Shown here: piece after piece, positions 12,341 to 26,397 of the stretch
Position numbering within the stretch: the stretch's first letter is position 1
Layout: each line of letters starts with the position of its first letter
NCBI GenBank assembly: GCA_021613535.1
Contig: CP075496.1
Coordinates: 1,674,001-1,738,000, forward strand
Source of the DNA: Adineta vaga
Lineage: Eukaryota; Animalia; Rotifera
Reading direction: 5' to 3'
DNA: 64,000 nt
Program-made: the position numbers and the translations under genes
Notes under the pieces: generated by a model
Told to the model about the DNA's origin: nothing
Database searches by the model: none
What the model saw: only the letters and a program-made list of their open reading frames with translations

Positions 12341-14876
12341 ATGCAACGTCCATCGAATGGTTATCGTGGTGGTGTTCGTGTAGGTCATCATTATAGTCAT
12401 CATCATCATTCGATAACTCATGATGATGAAATGAATTTATCTTCTCCAAATTCCTATTCAGACGAGAAAGAACGAGTATCAAGATATTCTTCAATTGAAT
12501 TTAGTAATGATTTTGAATCAGCAATACGAAATCTTCGTCCATCAGCAACTCAACAGAAAAAAATCAAAACAAATTTAAATATTAGTAAACAAAAAGCTGA
12601 TTTACCACAATTGAATCCAACCATTGAGGATGAAAATAGTAATAAGAATCTCAATGAACAAAAATCAAATGAAAATTCTTTACAAGATAAACAATCACGT
12701 CGTTGGTTTCCAAATCCCGATATTGGTCATGTCGATTCCGATGCATTTATTCGACATAACCATGTTGGTAGGTTGATTTTATCGATCAAAAATAGACTTA
12801 TTTCATTTACTTTTTCTCAAAAGAATCATTGCAACAACGAACGGAATTAAATGATCAAATCAATCCACCAACTCTGTTAACAACCTGTCCTCCTATTGGA
12901 ATACTACACGTCCAACTGCAGTTGTTGCACCAGCTGGTCCAACTCGATCGATTTCTGCTTTTTTCTCTTCAAATTCATCAATTCAAAACATAAATAGTGC
13001 TCATCAAAATACTTTCATTAAAACAAATGATCAATACCCAGTCATTTCATCTACTTCTGCCTTTCAACCGATTAATAATCTTCTTCATAAACAATCAACA
13101 GTCAAATCTGCACCACTTCTCATGGATATTCCTCAACATAAAACATTAATCCATGGGCAAAAATTAAGCAAAGTACATATTTCACATCCACAAAGTCCAT
13201 CCATTGTTCATGTAAGTTTTCTCGAAACAAAAAACCCAGAAAATTTTCCATTGAAATTCTTCTAGCTTATGTTACATGAAGATTTTGATACAGCCTGTCG
13301 TCTTCTTCATGATATGGCTATTCATCCTGATCTTCAACTCGATCATGCACCAACACATCCTTTCAAGTATGATATTCATACATTCTTTCTTTCTTTCTTT
13401 CTTTCTTTTTTATTACAATTCCATTGTTCTATTAGAGCTCAAGTCAATCGTTTATGTGCATGTTATCATGAAGGTCGTTGGTTTCGTTGTCGTATTGTAC
13501 AAATTTCTCCAGATTTTTCATCTGCTACTATTGTTTATTTGGATTGGGGTATGACAATACCAACACAAATTGGTCCTGAATATATTCGTCGTCTACCGAA
13601 TGAATTTTATGCTGAACCTACTTGTTCAATCATGTGCCATTTGGATGGTGTACCAGATACGAACGAATCAATTCCAGCTGATAGTATTGCTGGATGTATT
13701 GCTTTATTAAGTGAAAATGAATACGATGTCATAGTGACTAGTCATGAAAACAGTACAGATATTAAGATTATTCTTTCAATCAATGGAAGAATTGTTAATG
13801 ATCAAATTCGACAATTACTTGTACCAAATGTAAGTTGTATTCTGGAAGAAGATTTTTATTGATCTGTTTGTTTCTGAAATTTTAGAAATCGTTGTCAGAT
13901 GATGATGAATTAGTTGAACAATTTCGTCATGAACTTCCATTAAAAATTGGTGATGAATTAAAAACTTTACTTAGTTCGTTTAGTGGTAAAGATGATTCAT
14001 TCTATGTTTTACTTGTCAATGAACATACAGTAACTATCGATCGTGCAATGACTCAATTACAAGAAAGTAATCTTTCGAATTGTTACATTCGTGAAATTCC
14101 TCGAATAAAAACGTATGTTATTTTTCTTGAAACTATCCTTGGAAACTTGATTTTTTAGTCTTGTTGCTGCTCGTTATGCTGATGATGGTAAATGGTATCG
14201 TGCATGGATTAAATCTATTTGTTTACAACGGCAACAAGCAACTGTCTTTTTCGTTGATTTTGGTAATGAAAGTACAGTTATGTTTTCGGATATGTCATCA
14301 TGTCCGGAATCTATTCGAACAGTTCCATGGCTTGGTATACGTGTTCGTTTAATCGATGAAGCCATGTCACATGATGAATTAGCAGCATTTTGGAAAATTG
14401 CAGAATCCAATTATATTTGGATCAAAATTTTAGATATCTTAAAAGATTCCTATAGTATACAAATTAAAATCGATTATAAACTTATTCTTCGACAAGAACG
14501 ATTGAAATCATTAGAATCGAATCAAAGTGTTCATATTGGTGTACAAGTATGTAAATAAAAGAGTTAAGTTTTCGAATAATATCATCGTCTTTTCTTTCAG
14601 ACATTGTCCAAACAACGATCATTATCAACGATTTGTCCATCGAACCATTCGGATGTGAATTCATGTGTCATGACGCCATCAATTAATGATCAATGTTCAA
14701 ATGGAAATGAAACAATAGTTAAAAATTTATTTGAAATGATGGGTAATGAATTACGTCGTCTTCGACATCGTGTAAATGATAGTGATGAAGCTTCACAAGA
14801 TCGACATAGTCAATTAATGCAATTATTATTTTCAACATTTAATTTAAATAATAGTAATAATTCAAAAAGACTTTAG
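12341..14876 (+). CDS. Tudor domain-containing protein (two extended Tudor domains)
   Basis: Tudor 1 is CACYHEGRWFRCRIV...VYLDWG and Tudor 2 is AARYADDGKWYRAWI...FFVDFGNE. Low-complexity N-terminus and a short coiled C-terminus. Confidence 0.85.
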
Positions 14877-15110
14877 ATACTCGATTACACTCAAGAAAAA
14901 ACACCCCGACTAGTCAGATGTTTTTTCTTTGTTTCAGATTAAACAAAACCGGTTTGTTTTAGAACTGTTCTCATTTTTCTCCTAGATTCATTTGTGTGTG
15001 TTTGTGTGTTCTTTGTTTCAAAACGAACTTTCTAATAGATTATTGGTTACTTCTTTTTTTCTAGATACTTATTTTTGTGTTTAATTTCATTGCTTTTGAT
15101 CAATATCGCA

Positions 15111-15706
15111 ATGGCTAGTCTATTTCGTAATACACGATCAATTCTATCTCGATTATCCTATGTTCATCGCACTGCAACAACGACAACAGCCACTGCAGGA
15201 ACACAAGTTAAAACATCAGGAACATCAGCCCAAGTTTCTCCACCACCACGTTCAACAAATGGAAATAATTTGGCTGTACGAGATGTTCGACAACGTTCGA
15301 ATGTATCCGATCCAATTAGACCAAGAGCTGCAGGAGGATCAACGACGATGTATGCATCGATTTAATATAATACATTCTTTTCAAAACCATCTTATTATTT
15401 GTCTTGTTCTATCTATTCTAGTCCGTTAGTTGGCACAGCATTGAATACTTCTGGACAAATGGTTTTAGGCTTATTTCTCGCCATTAGCGTGTACTTTATT
15501 TATATTAATTATATTACAAATCCTGAGTTTTATAAAAGTCTGAAAATAAGTCGTGAAGCAAGTAAACAAAGTTCACAAGAACATTCAGCTCAGTAAGTTA
15601 AAACTTACATTTTTCTATTTAAAGAACAATGTTCTTTTCTTGATTTAGTCATGAAGGAGCAGGTGGAAAAAATCATAATGATGTTAAAACATCAAAAGCA
15701 CATTAA
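15111..15706 (+). CDS. Small single-pass membrane protein with mitochondrial-presequence-like N-terminus
   Basis: Three exons. MASLFRNTRSILSRLSYVHR is Arg/Ser-rich with no acidic residues; hydrophobic segment MVLGLFLAISVYFIYINYI; ends ...VKTSKAH* with TAA at 15704-15706. Confidence 0.65.
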
Positions 15707-16701
15707 ATAAAACACCTGTGAACATTTGTCAATGATCCAACAATTTTTCTATTTAGTTTTTAGTTATATTCGTCTTGATTTACAACTATCATAGTTTCAT
15801 CTCTAACATAGAAAGGAAAAAACTATCATCCAACACAATTCTCCAACATTTGCTTGACCTTTTCTTTTCTTTCTCTCCCTAAAAACAAATAAAGAACGAA
15901 AACGTAATAATCATTATTCAAATTACAAAGAAACTCACAAACTGCTTTCCTTTATAAACATAAACATATAATTAAAGAATACATTTAGTGAAAAGAATCT
16001 TCCTTGAAATGATTAAAAACAAAACATTCCTCTTAGATTATCTTTTGCACTAAGATAACACGAACTGAAATACATGTTAAAATGGTTATTCTATAGTTTT
16101 TCTCAACTAAACCAGATCATCTCCATTCGAATGAATAATTAGAGCAAAAATAAGCTGAGAAGAATACTTGAAATGAACGACACATGATTATTCTTATAGT
16201 TTAATGAATATAAAATAAAAACAGAAGTACATTATTCTTCGTTGTGAAATTCATATTCATTTCAAATGACCTGAATGCCATCTGCACAGGATAAATAATA
16301 GATTATTTTATCATTCTTTTAGGCAAAATATATATTTGAAAAGAAAAACATCGTAGATAGTTTCAATCATGAAAATGCAGAAGACTTCTCGATAAAGTTT
16401 TTTTTTTTTCACTAATTAAACATTTATATTTCTCAACAAAAACAAGATCACAGTAAAATCATTTTAACATATGTGCCGACAAATAAACTCGAAGAGAATG
16501 ACAACTCTCTTTGATTATATATTTTCAAACTTTTTTCTAAGTAACAATTTTATTAAATTGTTAAAGGCTGAAATTGTTCATGAAAGTACATATTTGAGAA
16601 GTTATTGACTTGTTGATGAGATAAAAGGATAAATTTGCTGTTGTCATTCGTTCTCTTTTTTCGGAAATTTGATATAATTATCAAATAAAAACAGTAGAAT
16701 T

Positions 16702-17985
16702 TTACCAAATTGTTTTGTCATTTGATGTCCAAAGTGCTTCAATAATGGGTTCTAATTGTTGCTGTTGGTGGGAAATACTTTTACGAATGAAATCATTCAT
16801 TTTATCTTGAATGATTTGAGAATTCAATGTTCGACTGATCAATGATGTTAATAATTGTACAGATTGACGATAACTCGTTGAACGTGAAAGAATATAACGC
16901 CATAATAATTCAACGTAGATATTCTGTGCAGATAGGACTGTTCGTGTTACATTGATATCCGTGTTTATCATTGGATCAAATTCGTATGGAATATTTAAAT
17001 ACGTTGAAAGCATAAGAATAACGAAGAATAATTTCAATAGAATCGGATCGTGAACAAAAGCTAAAAGTGCATGGCCGCGTTCACATAAATTCATGTATAA
17101 ATCTTTGGGAAATAAATGTAAAAGAACAGGAGAATCTTTCATTAGATGAGGAGTTATTGTTTTCGTGATTAATGCACTGTGTTTAAATAGAACTTGATTA
17201 AAATTGGATTTAACGAGAAAGATTTTAGTATCGACTGGTATGGATCGAAATTCTGGAATGGATTGAAGAAATGAGATAAGTCCAATGTAAATATTCGATG
17301 ATGCATTGAGAAATTTACGTAATGTTAATGTTTCATTTACAGGCATATTTAAATGTTCGTTATAAGTATAAGATGTACACATTTGATCATATGATTGATA
17401 AATATTTGTCAGACGAATATGATCATCCGGTGATAAAATAGATTGTTTTAATGTTGAATTACATAATAAATTAATTGGTCGTATCTAAATCAAAGAAGTT
17501 AGTTATTTAATTGTAAGAAATTGAATGAATAATTTAACTGATTGTTTATTTGAAATGATCATTGAATATTCTGTATCATTATTTTGTTCTGATCGTTTTT
17601 GACGATTATATTCAATCAATTGTAATCGTTCTTGTCGTTGATCATCTGTACGAATAGCTTTTGGATTCATTCCGACACGAAAACATTTTGCTAGGCGACA
17701 ACAATTACATTGCCGACGTGTGTCACTTGTCACTGGACAATCTCCATCGTCTCGACATTGAAATTCCGTTGTCTAAAAACTTCAAAGGTTGCTTTTTATG
17801 TAAACAAATAAATAACATACCCCAAGTTTGACAGCATTGCGTCGAAAAAAAGCTTTACAAGGTGAACATGTTTGTACACCAAAATTCAAGCCAATAGCTG
17901 GATCATTACAAACACGACATTTATCATCTTGTTTAGTCTTTCTTTTTCTTCCTGGTCTTGTGCGAAATTCGAGTTCGACATTCAT
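16702..17985 (-). CDS. Nuclear hormone receptor, NR1J/HR96-VDR-like
   Basis: C4 zinc fingers CRVCNDPAIGLNFGVQTCSPCKAFFRRNA and CRDDGDC...TRRQCNCCRLAKCFRVGM. LBD signature FLQSIPEFRSIPVDTKIFLVK. Three exons. Confidence 0.9.
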
Positions 17986-19350
17986 TTCTATTTTTTTTCT
18001 CTAAAAATACAAACCTCCATTTATTGACTGTAAACAGAAAAATAAACGACAGCAGATGATTCGCCTATTTCGCTCTGATAGGTCGATAATTTGAGCCAAT
18101 TATTTCGTCTATCGTCAATAAATATAAAATTCAAAAGACATTTTTTCTCTTCGTTCCATCTTTTTGCCTCTTAATTCTCACTGTCTGCTGCTGTTTGATA
18201 TGTTCTTTAAAATGTGAAATAAAAGAAAAAAATATTCTCTTTTGCGAATACTACTTACACGATATAAATTATTCAGCCAGTGCGAAGGAAAAGAAAAGAA
18301 AAGAAAAGAAAAGAGGAAAAATATGACGACGGATTTCTTTTTAATGCAAAGAAGAAGAAGAAGAAGAGAGAAAAGGACAACGTATAGTATCATTATTACT
18401 TTCAACATCGTTCAGTGCATCTATCATTGAAGAAATGATGAATAGAAAAAATTTTCTGAATAGAAAATTCAAGAAAAGAATGTCGCACAACGATGTATCG
18501 TCACATTTTTTTTCAACGTGTTCTCCACCAGCTTTTTCTTCATTTCCGTTAATCAGAGAATAATAAGTTGTTTTGACGTTTTCTCAGAAGGGTTTAGATG
18601 GCACGTAAATACAGAAGAACCTTCTCGAAGTACATCATGCTGACTGATATGTCGACTTTCTTATGTTTTCATGTCTCACATAACCATAAATGATTTATGA
18701 TGACAAAATCCTTAATTAATTTTAGTTCGTTAATGTTGACGATTTAAAACTTATTAATAATTATTCATATTTTCTTCGCGTGTCATCATTCTTCTGTAAT
18801 GAAACTCCGTTGAAAAAGAAACTATTTCATTTTTCTTCAAAACAATAGTTTTTTGTCTTTTAATTTCTTTCGAAAATATTTACACTGAATAAACTCTGTC
18901 GTTTATACTGTGTACCTAACTTCAGATGTCCTGTGTTCTAATTATCCCTTTTCTATCTTACTATTAGAAGAGAAAAAACAGAATGTATTATTTAATTAAT
19001 TTATAGTACCTTGCACATGCAAAACTAATGAAAAATATTGCAGATTGGAGGAAACGGAAGGTTTTACAGATGAAAATAAAGACTGAAAATATCTGACATT
19101 TACCATCAGGAACTTCGAGAAGTTCCGCATTTAAAATTTAATTTGAATATAACATAGTACCCGAGAAAAAGATAAAAATATGATTTATCTTCGTGATGAA
19201 AGAGAACGAACAAAATTCTTATCAAAAGAAAAACATTTTCGTGCAGATAACGTGTACGATATCGATAATAAACAGCGAAATTCTCATTAGATATATCACA
19301 AAACAAGACAGACAGAAGCAAGTAGGTTATTGAAGAATTTTTGTCTATAT

Positions 19351-22300
19351 ATGGATCGAATTAAATCATTTCGAAGATTATCGATTAGTAATGATGAATC
19401 AATCAATCAATCTGATCATTTGTCTTTGATACCAAGTCAGAAAAAAATTACAATTTGTACTTTCTGTGGACGATACAAAGGTTTTCGAATGTCGTGTTAT
19501 CTATTTCTATCATTTTGTGTTCTATTTGTTCTACTTATTCTTCTACTTGGTATATTATTTGTTCTCTATGTTGTCGTTCCAATTATCGTTCGTTCAACGA
19601 TTGATAAAACACAACTTGCCTTTCGTTCAGTTAATATTGAAGAAATTGAAAAGGATCGTTTTCGTCTTCGAGCTCAATTAGAACTATCTCGAACAGGATC
19701 AATTCCTGCAACTATCATTCCACCCTTCATTATCCATGTTGATAATGTCGGAATCGTAACTATTAATGAATCGATTTCGATTAAAGGTGATTCATCTGCT
19801 ACAACAGTTGTTCCGATTGATTCTCCATTTGATGTTATAAATATAACTGCATTTCATAATTTTACTCGTTCACTTGTTTTCCAATCTAATGTAATATGGC
19901 ATTTAAAAGCTCAAGCAACCATTCAACCACTTACACGTCATATGCTTTCATATTCAAATATTCCATTTAATAAAGATGTTTCGTTAAATGCTTTAGATGG
20001 CCTTCAAAATGTAAGTATTCGTTCAATAAATATGAATCGATCGACTGAACATCAAATCTATGCTGATATTCTTATTCAAATTATTAATCCATCGATATTT
20101 AGTATTGATGTTGGTAAGTCGAATCAATCGCAACATTCGACTGAAACATAGGAATGATATTCCTTTCTAGGTCAATTATTTTTCACTTTACAATATAATA
20201 ATTGGTCAATTGGCTATGTTGAATCTAGTAGTCATAATGTAACAATTCATCCTGGAGAGAATTCCATTCAATGTCTTGGTGAATTACAATCGAATTCACC
20301 GAAATCTTATCAAGCACTTTCGACTGTTATACAAAATTTTCTAACTGGTCAAATAAGTCAAGTTGAAGCGTTAGCTGGTCCAAATGTCACATCCTATCCT
20401 CTTCTTTCTATTGGTATGATGGGTCTTTCGTTAAATGTTCATATGCCACCATTTAATGAACAGCTAATTGTTTCATTAAATTTCAATTCCATGTCTTTAA
20501 TTCCATCGACAATTGAACAACAAGTGAAATTATCAGCGTCGATTAATATTAAAATCAATTCACCACTGGGACGAAATTCTCCTTTAAATATTCAAACCAT
20601 GGATATGAGTGTTTTTCTTCTTTTTGAAAATCATTCTGTTGGAATGTTAAATGTTTCTCAAGTACCAGTCAAACAAATAGATTTTGAAACTTTTACAACA
20701 AAATTTGATAATGAATATTTAATTTTAACTGATCATGGAATTACCTATGAAAAATTTACTCAACAATTTATTCAAGCTAATCAAACAAATCCAGTTCAAT
20801 TTCGTCTTGTAGGTGTTGCTTCAATTGTTGGAACATTTGCGCTTGGTCCTCTGAATGTTGAAGGAATTCTTGTTGAAAATGATATATCATTAGTTGGCCT
20901 TGATGGCTTTAATGATGTTCGAGTGGATGATATATCTGTAGATGGTGAAGAAGGAAACGCTCTTCGAATTTCAATCAATGCTACTATTGAAAATCCAGGT
21001 GTAACCAGTGTTCAATTACAAAATTTTTCACTTCATATGGCCGAAGGTAATAATGGAACTATTCTTGGTCAAGTTCCAATCGATACACTTGCTATTCAAC
21101 CGGGTAGTAATAAAATCGCCTTGAAAGGGTGAGCTTTTTTGTTCTTGTTTTGAAATCATCATAAAAATTTCATTTCTTTATTTAGTTTTCTTTCTCCATT
21201 ACATGAAAGTGATCTTCCTGTTATTGGTGAATTCTTTTCTGCATATCTCAATGGTCAGACACAATCCGTACGACTTTTTCATAATGAAACATCTGAACAA
21301 AATGCAAGTGCTTTGGATTTAACAATAAGTGGTCTATCTATGAAAGCGAATCTTCATGGAATTCAAACGAAATTAATTCGTCAAGTCAATGTTCTTAATT
21401 TTGGAATTGAGTTCGATTCGAACGATGTAAATAGAGTTTATATTACTGGTCGATTAGCCGTTTTATTTGAATTACCATCGAATGTTCATATGATATTTAA
21501 AGTTTTAACGACGAGTATTGATTTTACAATGCGTTTTAAAGATGGACCAAAGATGAGTCGAATGAATCTTGACAATTTACCTGTTGAACATAATCAAACA
21601 ACAAATGAAATTCTTGTTCAATTTACTAAACAAGAACTCATCGTTTTGAATAAAGAATATTTCGAAGAATTTGCAGCCAATCTCGTTCTAACAAAAAATG
21701 TTTCAGTAATTATTGAAGGTTTAACAACAGCAGTAGCTGCTGTGCGAATTGGTAATCTAACATTATTTAACATTCCAATTAACGATACAATTGATCTTGT
21801 TGGATATAATCAATTTGATAATGGACATTTAACTATTGATAATATTGATATATCAGGATCGATTTCATCTCATGCACTATCACTTCGTGTTAAAACACGA
21901 ATTATAAATCCATCGGTAGTGAATATTATTAATGGTGGTCGTTTAACATTAGATTTATGTGATATAATGAATTGTACATCATTTGGAACTGTCAATATTG
22001 ATCCTTTCTATTTACAACCACAACAAAATTTGACTTATCTAGATGCCGAAGGTATTTTTCTACTAACCGAACAGAATACAATTGTAGCACGAGAATTTAT
22101 ATCAAATATGGTATGCGGAATTGATACTAATGTTGAATTACGTGGTACATTACCTGATAATACAACCGGAACTTCTATACCATTATTATCATTAGCAATT
22201 GGAGGTCTTCGTATTCATACACTTGCACCTGGTCTTTCTGGAAATCAATCATTTATTCGTGAAATTATTGTGAAAAAACTAACTGCTGAACAAATTATTG

Positions 22301-22677
22301 GTATTCCACTTGGTCTTGTCAAAGTTCTATTAATTCGTGTTCGATTAATGAATCCTTTTAGTTCATCAATAACAATTCAAGGTATGCATATTCGAGCTGA
22401 TTTTAGTTCTGTTGTTGATAAAGATCATCAGGTGGGTTTGGTAGAAGATAATACATCATTCATTATCAATCCTCATCAAGAATTAATTACATCTTATATC
22501 AATGTAACATTATCAGCGAAATTAAGTACAATGATTGCATTACTTGGACCTTTATTTGCTGGAAATGCTCATCTGTCATTAACGGGTTTTATTGATGTGA
22601 AAATTGGAGAGAGTTTTATATTAATTCAACTTCCATTAACAGTACTTAATGTACCTACAGATCAAGAACATGCTTGA
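19351..22677 (+). CDS. DUF3712 / Tag1-like (LEA_2-repeat) membrane-anchored protein, about 1070 aa, fungal/protist type
   Basis: Exons 19351-20113, 20171-21128 and 21186-22677 total 3213 nt in frame. N-terminal TM helix followed by repeated beta-rich units with motifs PFNKDVSLNALDGL, INPSIFSIDVG, ENPG, FFSAYLNG, INPS and LMNPF typical of DUF3712 proteins. Confidence 0.75.
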
Positions 22678-24156
22678 TAAGAATGATTTCATATAAAACG
22701 CTTTTTTTTTCGAAATAATTTTCTCTATGTAAAATACTCTATTTTATCTTTCGTTTTGAAATCAATGAAATTCATTTATTTAAATGTATGTAAAGGAAGT
22801 GTCAAGATCAAAAAAAAGAGCGTTCGAAATCTTGAAAAATAATCAATAGTTTTGTCTACAATTGTGTCATTGGTGATAATCAAATAATCTACGTGATTTT
22901 CAATTTCTTGCGACTATTATTCTTTGATAATCGACAAATATTTTTTCTCATTTCAAGGACATCATCAGTGGATTCAATGATAAGAAGAAAAAAAACAGCT
23001 TAATTATTTCGCAAAATTTCATCTTTCTATTCATAGAAACATTTAACACTTCTATGAAAACAAATAATCATATTAAAAACTTTATTCGATCGGATTTTTT
23101 AAGCATCTCAAAGAAATATTTATTAAATTTATAGTGGAATTCATTCATGCATTCAAGCATTATCTCTTCTAATGCGTTTGTTTTTGAAGCAGAGGAAGAA
23201 GAAAAAAGAAAAATCCTCGTCTTCTTTTTTTTCTCGCTTGGAATATCCTGTCATCATCGTTTCGATGATTGTCATTTTAATTCTGCTCAATCTCGGGCGG
23301 TTAGCTAGCATAAAAATGCTCGCGTATCTTCTTCTTCTTCTAATTCGAATAGAAATGTCGAAATAAATTGTGTTTTCAGTTCAGGCTCTTCCGACAACGT
23401 TATGATGAAAAATGTCTAATCAAATAAATGAATAGTTTCGCTACTAGAAAAAGAAGAAGAAAAATGAGTGAAATTGTATTCCGATAGACGAGAAAAAACT
23501 GGAGAGACAGAGAGAGAGAAAAAGAACTCGAGTGACAAAGCTCATTGTGTAAGACATCGTATAAAGATAAAGAAAAAAACGAATAGAGAGAGAGAGAGAA
23601 GAGAGCGGGAACAAACATCACCCGTAGAATCCAAACACATATAACCAATTCTTCCGTAAGTTAATTGTAAATTTAAAAAGAAAATAAAGAAAAAAGGTTT
23701 TTTTACTCATTAACATGTAGAAATTCATCTGATAAGAAAAGTTTAAGATATTTGATCACAGAGAGATATAAATATATTCTGAGAAGATTAATCTAAGATG
23801 AGATTGAATTAATTGCAGGAGAAGAACAAGAGAAAAAGAAATATTCTTTTACTTTTTAACTAGCCCAGAAATAACATCATCTTACCATGGTACTTTACAA
23901 TTTGCCTCTTCACCCCATCCGACTATCGTTTCTTCAATTAACTTCCTATTGCCAAAAAAGAACTTCCGCTTAGAATACAATATTTACTCATCTTGAGAAA
24001 GAGAGAAAGAAAATCTCTTTGTAGACAAAACTATGAGTAAAAGAAAAGAAAAGAAAAGAAACATACTAACTTGTCTATGTATTCCATATTTATCAATCAA
24101 ATATTGAAATGATTTTGTTTTTTACTTTCTCATTCTAGTAAAAATAACATCTACAA

Positions 24157-26397
24157 ATGGTTGTTCATATAGGTGGCCTTGTGGCCGTTATTATTTTTTA
24201 TGTTCTTATCTTACTTGTGGGTATTTGGGCTGGACGAAAACAGAAATCATCGGAAAAATCACCCGATACAGAAGAGATTATGTTAGCAGGAAGGAATATT
24301 GGTTTACTCGTGGGAATATTTACAATGACAGCAACATGGGTTGGTGGTGCATATATTAATGGAACAGCTGAACAAGTGTTCTCAACTGGTCTTCTTGCAT
24401 GTCAAGCTCCATTAGGTTATGCGATTAGTTTAGTCGTTGGAGGATTGTTATTTGCACGACCGATGCGTAATGCTGGATATGTCACAATGTTAGATCCATT
24501 TCAACGAAAATATGGTCAACGAATGGGAGGATTATTGTTCATACCAGCATTATTAGGAGAAGTTTTTTGGTCAGCAGCTATTCTATCTGCATTAGGAGCA
24601 ACCATAAGTGTTATATTTACTGATGTGTCAATGACAGCTTCGATTATTATTTCAGGTAGATAAAAATATCGTTTAGAAAAACGATCTACCTTGGTCTTTT
24701 TCTAGCTGCTGTCGTGATCTTTTATACTCTTTTTGGTGGATTATATTCCGTTGCTTATACAGATGTTGTTCAACTTGGTTTTATTTTTGTTGGTCTTTGG
24801 TTAGCTGTTCCATTTGCACTGAGACATAAGGGTGTCGGTAGTATTATATCAACCTGGCCAGAATGGCGTGGTGAAATAAAAGAATCACAATATACAGAAT
24901 GGATTGATAGTATGCTTTTACTTATCTTTGGTGGAATACCATGGCAGGTTTGTTTGTTTGTTTAACTTTTTTGTCTTCAAATATTCGTTGAAAGTTTGAG
25001 TTAATGTGTCTAGACATAATTTAATAAGATTGCTTGACTAAATTCTTTGTTTTCATAATATTAAATAATTGAAGATCGATTTACAAGAAAATCAAAAATT
25101 TCTCATGCAAGAATTTTCTTTTTGATACGAAAAAATAAAATCAATTGTGAATCTATGTAAAACGATCTAATAAACTTTCGTAAAAGATTTGTTTTGCACA
25201 TTGTCTAGGTCTATTTTCAACGTGTTCTCTCGGCCAAATCAGCAAAGAAAGCAATGTATCTTTCATTTTGTGCAGCGGTTGGTTGTATTGTATTAGCAAT
25301 ACCACCTGTTTTAATCGGTGCAATTGCCAAATCAACAGGTTAGTTTTGTCTTTTTGATATCTTTCTATCGATTTTGAATTCTGTTCATCTTTCAGATTGG
25401 AATATGACCGATTATGATATTAATAAAGATATACGATCACCAGAAGCAACAAAATTAATATTACCATTAGTTTTATTACATTTATGTCCAAAATTTGTTG
25501 CATTTATCGGTTTAGGCGCTATATCAGCTGCTGTTATGTCGAGTGCTGATTCGAGTGTACTCAGTGCAAGTTCAATGTTTGCTCGGAATGTTTGGAAACT
25601 TGTTTTTCGTAATCAAGTATGTTACTATTTTCATAAAAAAAAAAGCTTTTTCTAAAAATTATCATATTCAATAACATTTTTGACTATACAAACATTTAAA
25701 TAGTAATTATTTCATGAAGTACTAAATGAATTGAGATGAACAAGAATAACTTAATTTTATTATTGATATTTATATACGGATATTTTAATAGGCATCAGAA
25801 CGTGAAGTTCTTTTGGTTATGCGTATTGGAATTTTTCTTGTTGGAGCTGGAGCTGCTGGTATTGGTATTCTTGTTTCTTCAATCTATGTTCTTTGGTATT
25901 TATGTTCGGATCTTGTCTATGTCATACTTTTTCCACAATTACTTTGTGTTGTTTATGTTCCACATACGAATACATATGGTTCATTATCTGCCTATATTGT
26001 TGGTTTTGTCTTTCGTATTCTCATTGGTGAACCATCATTAAATATTCCAACAGTGATCTCTTTCGGTCGATATATTCCACCCAAAACGTTATGTATGATT
26101 ATTAGTCTTTTAACTACTTTAATTATTTCATTTATTGCAAAAATTCTATTTGAAAATCGTGTTCTATCACCACAATTAGATGTTTTACATTGTCTTGTTG
26201 ATATACCAAATGAAACATTACCATTAAAAGAAAGTACAACAACTGATGAATTACATCAACAATCTCGTATTATTAAATCAACAATTCACCATGAACAACA
26301 ATCTCATCATCTCACTGAACCAATCATGATGATAAATACATCCTATTCTCCAAGTCAAGATACATTAAATACTTATGGAAATTCTTCTAAACAATAA
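24157..26397 (+). CDS. SLC5A7: High-affinity choline transporter 1 (sodium:solute symporter)
   Basis: [69 protein letters not shown] and [17 protein letters not shown]. Five coding exons. Confidence 0.95.
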
